DNA of 20,045 nucleotides from a virus (Duplodnaviria; Heunggongvirae; Uroviricota; Caudoviricetes): IMG/VR virus record IMGVR_UViG_2627854098_000006; one strand, 5' to 3'. Shown piece by piece: positions 16,694 to 20,045 of this stretch (position 1 is its first letter; each line of letters starts with the position of its first letter). The notes under the pieces were generated by a model. It saw only the letters and a program-made list of their open reading frames with translations, ran no database searches and was not told where the DNA came from. The position numbers and the translations under genes were made by a program.

Positions 16694-17486
16694 GGCTGTT
16701 TTCCTCCATGCGACGGGCTAACCAACGCTGCGAAAGACGAATTAATTCAGCTTTCCGCTGGTGGTAGTCCTGGCCTAACTCAATCAGCGTGATATTGCTC
16801 TGCTCAAGGTAAGAAAGGTGCTCAAGCTGCAACGTGCTCATGTGGTCGCGTGGTTCGCCTGTGATGCCGTTCGCCTGCGCCCACTGTTTTGCAGTCATGC
16901 CACCCAGCACGATACGCGCCAGCATATTGGCTTCCGTGGTGTAGTGGTGCTGTAGAGTGTTTTTACCCAGTTCAGCCCGGTACGCCTCCAGCGCGGCACA
17001 CATTGGCTTAAAGTAGCTGGCAACTGTGATACGGGCTTTCAGTTCCCGGCGTAACGCTGCGGAACGAACAGGCGCAACCTTGTGTAGCTCCTCCTCGCAT
17101 TTGATAAAGTACTGGCGAACGGCGCGGCCCTGTTCGGTACGTTCGACCATCGCCAGTTCTTTCGCCATGTTCACGGTGGTGATGTACTCAAGAGCTGTTT
17201 GCTGGCGAGATTTTGCGCTCACCGGATCGGGTCGGCTCAAATATTCAACAACCTCATAATCCACGCCTTCCGTGAAGCCGTATTCTTCAATGCGCCCCTT
17301 GATCCACGAACGGAAAACGCGCCCTACACCTAACGCCTTATGCAACGCTCTGGCGCTAACAATATTGGTTTCACGCCCGCCAATAACGCCGGAAATAACC
17401 GGGATAATTTCGCCGAAATTTTGCAGATTCTGGTTTTCAGGCCGAACGAAGCCCTGCCCCTGTACGGGCGTTTTTCGCAGTTTCAT
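16686..17486 (-). CDS. Phage antirepressor, AntA/AntB-type N-terminal domain
   Basis: 266 aa; N-terminal IIPVISGVIGGRETNIVSARALHKALGVGRVFRSWIKGRIEEYGFTEGVDYEVV matches the AntA domain pattern (NARELH...DFSDWMK.RI..Y.F.E..DF). Confidence 0.7.
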   Translation of the reverse strand: MKLRKTPVQGQGFVRPENQNLQNFGEIIPVISGVIGGRETNIVSARALHKALGVGRVFRSWIKGRIEEYGFTEGVDYEVVEYLSRPDPVSAKSRQQTALEYITTVNMAKELAMVERTEQGRAVRQYFIKCEEELHKVAPVRSAALRRELKARITVASYFKPMCAALEAYRAELGKNTLQHHYTTEANMLARIVLGGMTAKQWAQANGITGEPRDHMSTLQLEHLSYLEQSNITLIELGQDYHQRKAELIRLSQRWLARRMEENSHV

Positions 17487-17563
17487 AAAAACTCCTGCTA
17501 TCGAATTAAGTTACTTTTATTTGCTGGTGGATAGCTGGGGTTTCTGGCCCCGTAGCCATTTAA

Positions 17564-17761
17564 TCAGGTAGCTGTTCCACGTGATTCCGCAATACGCTGA
17601 TTAATCCACTCGTCAATTTCACTCTCAACGAAAGCAATAGCTCGCGAGCCAATTTTAACTGATGCAGGAAATTTGCCTTGCCCCATAAGGCGATAAATCC
17701 ATGCCTTGCTATATCCAGTTCTACGCTGAACTTCCGTTAAACGAATAAGAGAGTTTGCCAT
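17564..17761 (-). CDS. AlpA-family phage regulatory protein (HTH; Vis/excisionase-like)
   Basis: 65 aa; LTEVQRRTGYSKAWIYRLMGQGKFPASVKIGSRAIAFVESEIDEWI is the AlpA signature. Confidence 0.8.
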   Translation of the reverse strand: MANSLIRLTEVQRRTGYSKAWIYRLMGQGKFPASVKIGSRAIAFVESEIDEWINQRIAESRGTAT

Positions 17762-18015
17762 ATATTCACCTTGTAACGTCTATAAAGGTGTACATAGCTT
17801 GCATTAAGAAAAGTGATATTTATAGATGCTTACCATTATGAATGGCGAATACCATTTCAGTGAAATAGCTCCACCTTTTTTTAATAATGGCGTTTACTAT
17901 TTTAAGTATCATGCTGACGTGAAACACGAAGAAAAATTACTGTTCTTACGATTTAATCTGCATTGGTGGTTACTTTTTTTGAAAGGAAACCACCATTTTT
18001 CTGGAATAGCGACCA

Positions 18016-18732
18016 CTATTTAACTTTTTGTTTTTTTGGTCTTCTACCAATACGCTTCAGATGTTCAGGCCTTAAAATCAGATTCACAGCCCTAGCAACA
18101 TTAGAACCCGCCCCCCTTTTTTTCAAATATTCAAGTACCTCATGCTCTGTCGGAGCCGTCTGTGGGTCATCTGGGTCATACGTCGACCATAGTTCCCTTA
18201 TAGCATCCTGCACATACTCCAACCCATCACTCTTATGCCCATAAGTACACAAATACTCGTCAGGATTAATTACCTGATGAGATGATTCAATGATTGCTGG
18301 CGGATTAACTTCCTTAACAGGTATAGGGCGAGGGCATCTCGCAAAATCAACGCTCTCATTTTTTATCCACTCATATAAAGAATGGCGACTAATTAAAGTT
18401 TTATCCTTGCTTATCTCATATGCACGATCGGTCAGTTGTGCTGATGTCAGACGTTTGTACTCAATATCACAAACATTTCCCCAATTATCGTACTCAACTA
18501 TTTCAGAGGTACATTCAACAGGAGTTAAGACACCACGACGGATGGCTGTTACCATTCCATTAGCCAACCCCCATGCCATTTTCCAACGTTCATGTTTATT
18601 ATCTCTGACATGTTCAAGAGTAGGGTAATCATAAGGATCAATTCCGGCCAACAATAAAGCGGCCTGGGTGATAGAAAACTCCTGTACTGTTCGCCAGTGG
18701 GATAAGTCAGGAATGTTTTCCACAATTGGCAT
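18016..18732 (-). CDS. Hypothetical protein (238 aa) between integrase and alpA
   Basis: ATG at 18730-18732 preceded by AAGGGGGAG (the ORF-track start is 5 codons upstream); basic C-terminal tail RIGRRPKKQKVK; no family recognised. Confidence 0.55.
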   Translation of the reverse strand: MPIVENIPDLSHWRTVQEFSITQAALLLAGIDPYDYPTLEHVRDNKHERWKMAWGLANGMVTAIRRGVLTPVECTSEIVEYDNWGNVCDIEYKRLTSAQLTDRAYEISKDKTLISRHSLYEWIKNESVDFARCPRPIPVKEVNPPAIIESSHQVINPDEYLCTYGHKSDGLEYVQDAIRELWSTYDPDDPQTAPTEHEVLEYLKKRGAGSNVARAVNLILRPEHLKRIGRRPKKQKVK

Positions 18733-18830
18733 ATTCTCCCCCTTCAAGCGGTCTAATGTTAAGGCCGAGCCAGCTCTGTTTGCATCAGCCTTTTTAGGTG
18801 CTCAAAGTCTACTACTGTATACTCAACCAG

Positions 18831-20045
18831 TCACCCGCATTTTCCGAACTCACCATGCACCACATTTCCGCCATGCTCGAGCGAATCCATATAGTCGGCA
18901 TACCACTGGAGCATCTCTCGGCGACCATCCAGATATTGCGCATGGTTGTATGTGCCACGAATTGAGTTTTTATCGACGTGTGCGAGCTGTGTCTCTATCC
19001 ACGCGGTGTTATAGCCCTGCTCATGCAAAATGGTGCTCATGGTGTGCCGGAATCCATGACCAGTAACCTTTCCGTTATAGCCGATGCGTTTAAATACTTG
19101 GTTTATGCTAGCCTCGCTCATTGTTTTCCTTGGATCATTACGGCCGGGAAACATAAGCGGATAATTGCCAGTTAATTCTTTAATCTGCCCAATAAGCGAA
19201 AGAGCCTGCTTAGACAAAGGCACCACATGAGGGCGACGCATTTTCATCCGTGAAGCAGGTATCTCCCAGATAGCCTTGTTGAGATCGATTTCATCCCATA
19301 ATGCACCGCGCAGTTCGCCAGTCCGCAAACCGGTGATAATCAGTAGACGAGCCGCCATAACAACCAATGCACTTCCTGAGTAACTGGACAATGCCTTGAA
19401 AAAATCAGGTAATTCTTTGGCTGTGAGGAAAGGATAATGATTAGATTCATGACCTTGCATCGCGCTGGTGAGATCCGGTGCAGGGTTATACTCAGCACGT
19501 CCAGTGACAATTGCATAGCGGAAAACTTCCCCGCATCGCTGCCTCACTTTTTTGGCTTTTTCGGTAGCACCGCGCCCCTCGATGCGCCGCAGCACATTCA
19601 GCAGTTCAAGTGGTTTGATTTCGGTGATTGGTTTTTTGCCAATGTAAGGGAACACATCTTTATTGAAGGCTTCGAGGATGTCTGAAGCATAACCAGCAGA
19701 CCATTTTTTTAATTTGCTGCAGTGCCACTCAAGGGCAATATCTTTGAAGGTGTTGTTTAACTGCGTTTTCCGGGCAATCTTTTCCTCTCGTTTCGCTTCC
19801 ATCGGATCGATACCCCCAGCGATACCCCTTTTAGCTTCTTCACGTTTTGCACGAGCATCAGCCAAGGTAACTTCAGGATACACACCTAGTGCTAACAGCT
19901 TCTCTTTACCAGCTACACGATACTTGAAGCGCCAATATTTTCCTCCACTAGGTTTTACCAAGAGATACAGACCACCACCATCAGCCAGCTTGTAAGCCTT
20001 CTCTTTTGGCTTGGCAGTGTCTATTTGACGGGCATTGAGTTTCAC
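18831..20045 (-). CDS. P4-type tyrosine integrase (site-specific recombinase), intact
   Basis: 404 aa, GTG start at 20043-20045 (window edge); N-terminal arm-binding domain MKLNARQIDTAKPKEKAYKLADGGGLYLLVKP...; C-terminal catalytic region with RHT...HxxR...Y-type residues (GFRHTMSTILHEQG...IRGTYNHAQY). Confidence 0.85.
   Translation of the reverse strand: MKLNARQIDTAKPKEKAYKLADGGGLYLLVKPSGGKYWRFKYRVAGKEKLLALGVYPEVTLADARAKREEAKRGIAGGIDPMEAKREEKIARKTQLNNTFKDIALEWHCSKLKKWSAGYASDILEAFNKDVFPYIGKKPITEIKPLELLNVLRRIEGRGATEKAKKVRQRCGEVFRYAIVTGRAEYNPAPDLTSAMQGHESNHYPFLTAKELPDFFKALSSYSGSALVVMAARLLIITGLRTGELRGALWDEIDLNKAIWEIPASRMKMRRPHVVPLSKQALSLIGQIKELTGNYPLMFPGRNDPRKTMSEASINQVFKRIGYNGKVTGHGFRHTMSTILHEQGYNTAWIETQLAHVDKNSIRGTYNHAQYLDGRREMLQWYADYMDSLEHGGNVVHGEFGKCG

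Larger units (their letters stand above)
5904..20045. mobile_element. P4-like integrative element (phage-satellite-like), integrase-proximal end at the right window edge
   Basis: Bounded on the left by the tRNA 3'-end remnant and on the right by an intact P4-type integrase; contains AlpA, AntA-type antirepressor, alpha-type primase/helicase with TGTTCACC iterons, and AT-rich cargo. No sid/psu/delta-like genes recognised. Confidence 0.65.

Noticed and set aside
17826-18023. 65-aa plus-strand ORF and a GGTGGTT...AACCACC hairpin (about 17955-17990) in the alpA-upstream intergenic region
   Set aside because: ORF lies in an AT-rich intergenic region without RBS; the hairpin has a U-tract only on the plus strand where no upstream gene exists, so its role is unclear.

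Overview
This window looks like the thrW-associated accessory region of an extraintestinal E. coli, built from two tandem islands plus an IS fragment. (1) 1-~770: the edge of an insertion sequence whose OrfA-type HTH protein gene (1-678, minus) abuts a 5'-truncated SPATE autotransporter gene. (2) 774-5733: a degenerate VAT-type island: vat lacking its signal peptide and the His/Asp part of the protease domain, an intact MarR-family vatX, and the first 112 codons of a P4-type integrase. (3) 5888-5903: a 16-nt remnant of a tRNA-Thr 3' end, which I read as the att boundary between islands. (4) 5904-20045: a P4-like integrative element (satellite-like) with intact integrase at the right edge (the intact tRNA would lie just beyond the window), AlpA-family regulator, AntA-type antirepressor, a divergent control region with paired palindromic operators, a seven-gene translationally coupled early operon ending in an alpha-type primase/helicase, a TGTTCACC iteron array, a ProQ/FinO-domain protein coupled to a PerC-family regulator, and several small ORFs. 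The best candidate for an undescribed system is an AT-rich two-gene cargo operon at the att-distal end (7187-8080, 297 aa soluble protein; 6588-7187, 199 aa multi-pass membrane protein), which I could not match to any family and which sits where satellite elements usually carry anti-phage cargo. All assignments come from reading the ORF translations and the DNA; no searches were run.
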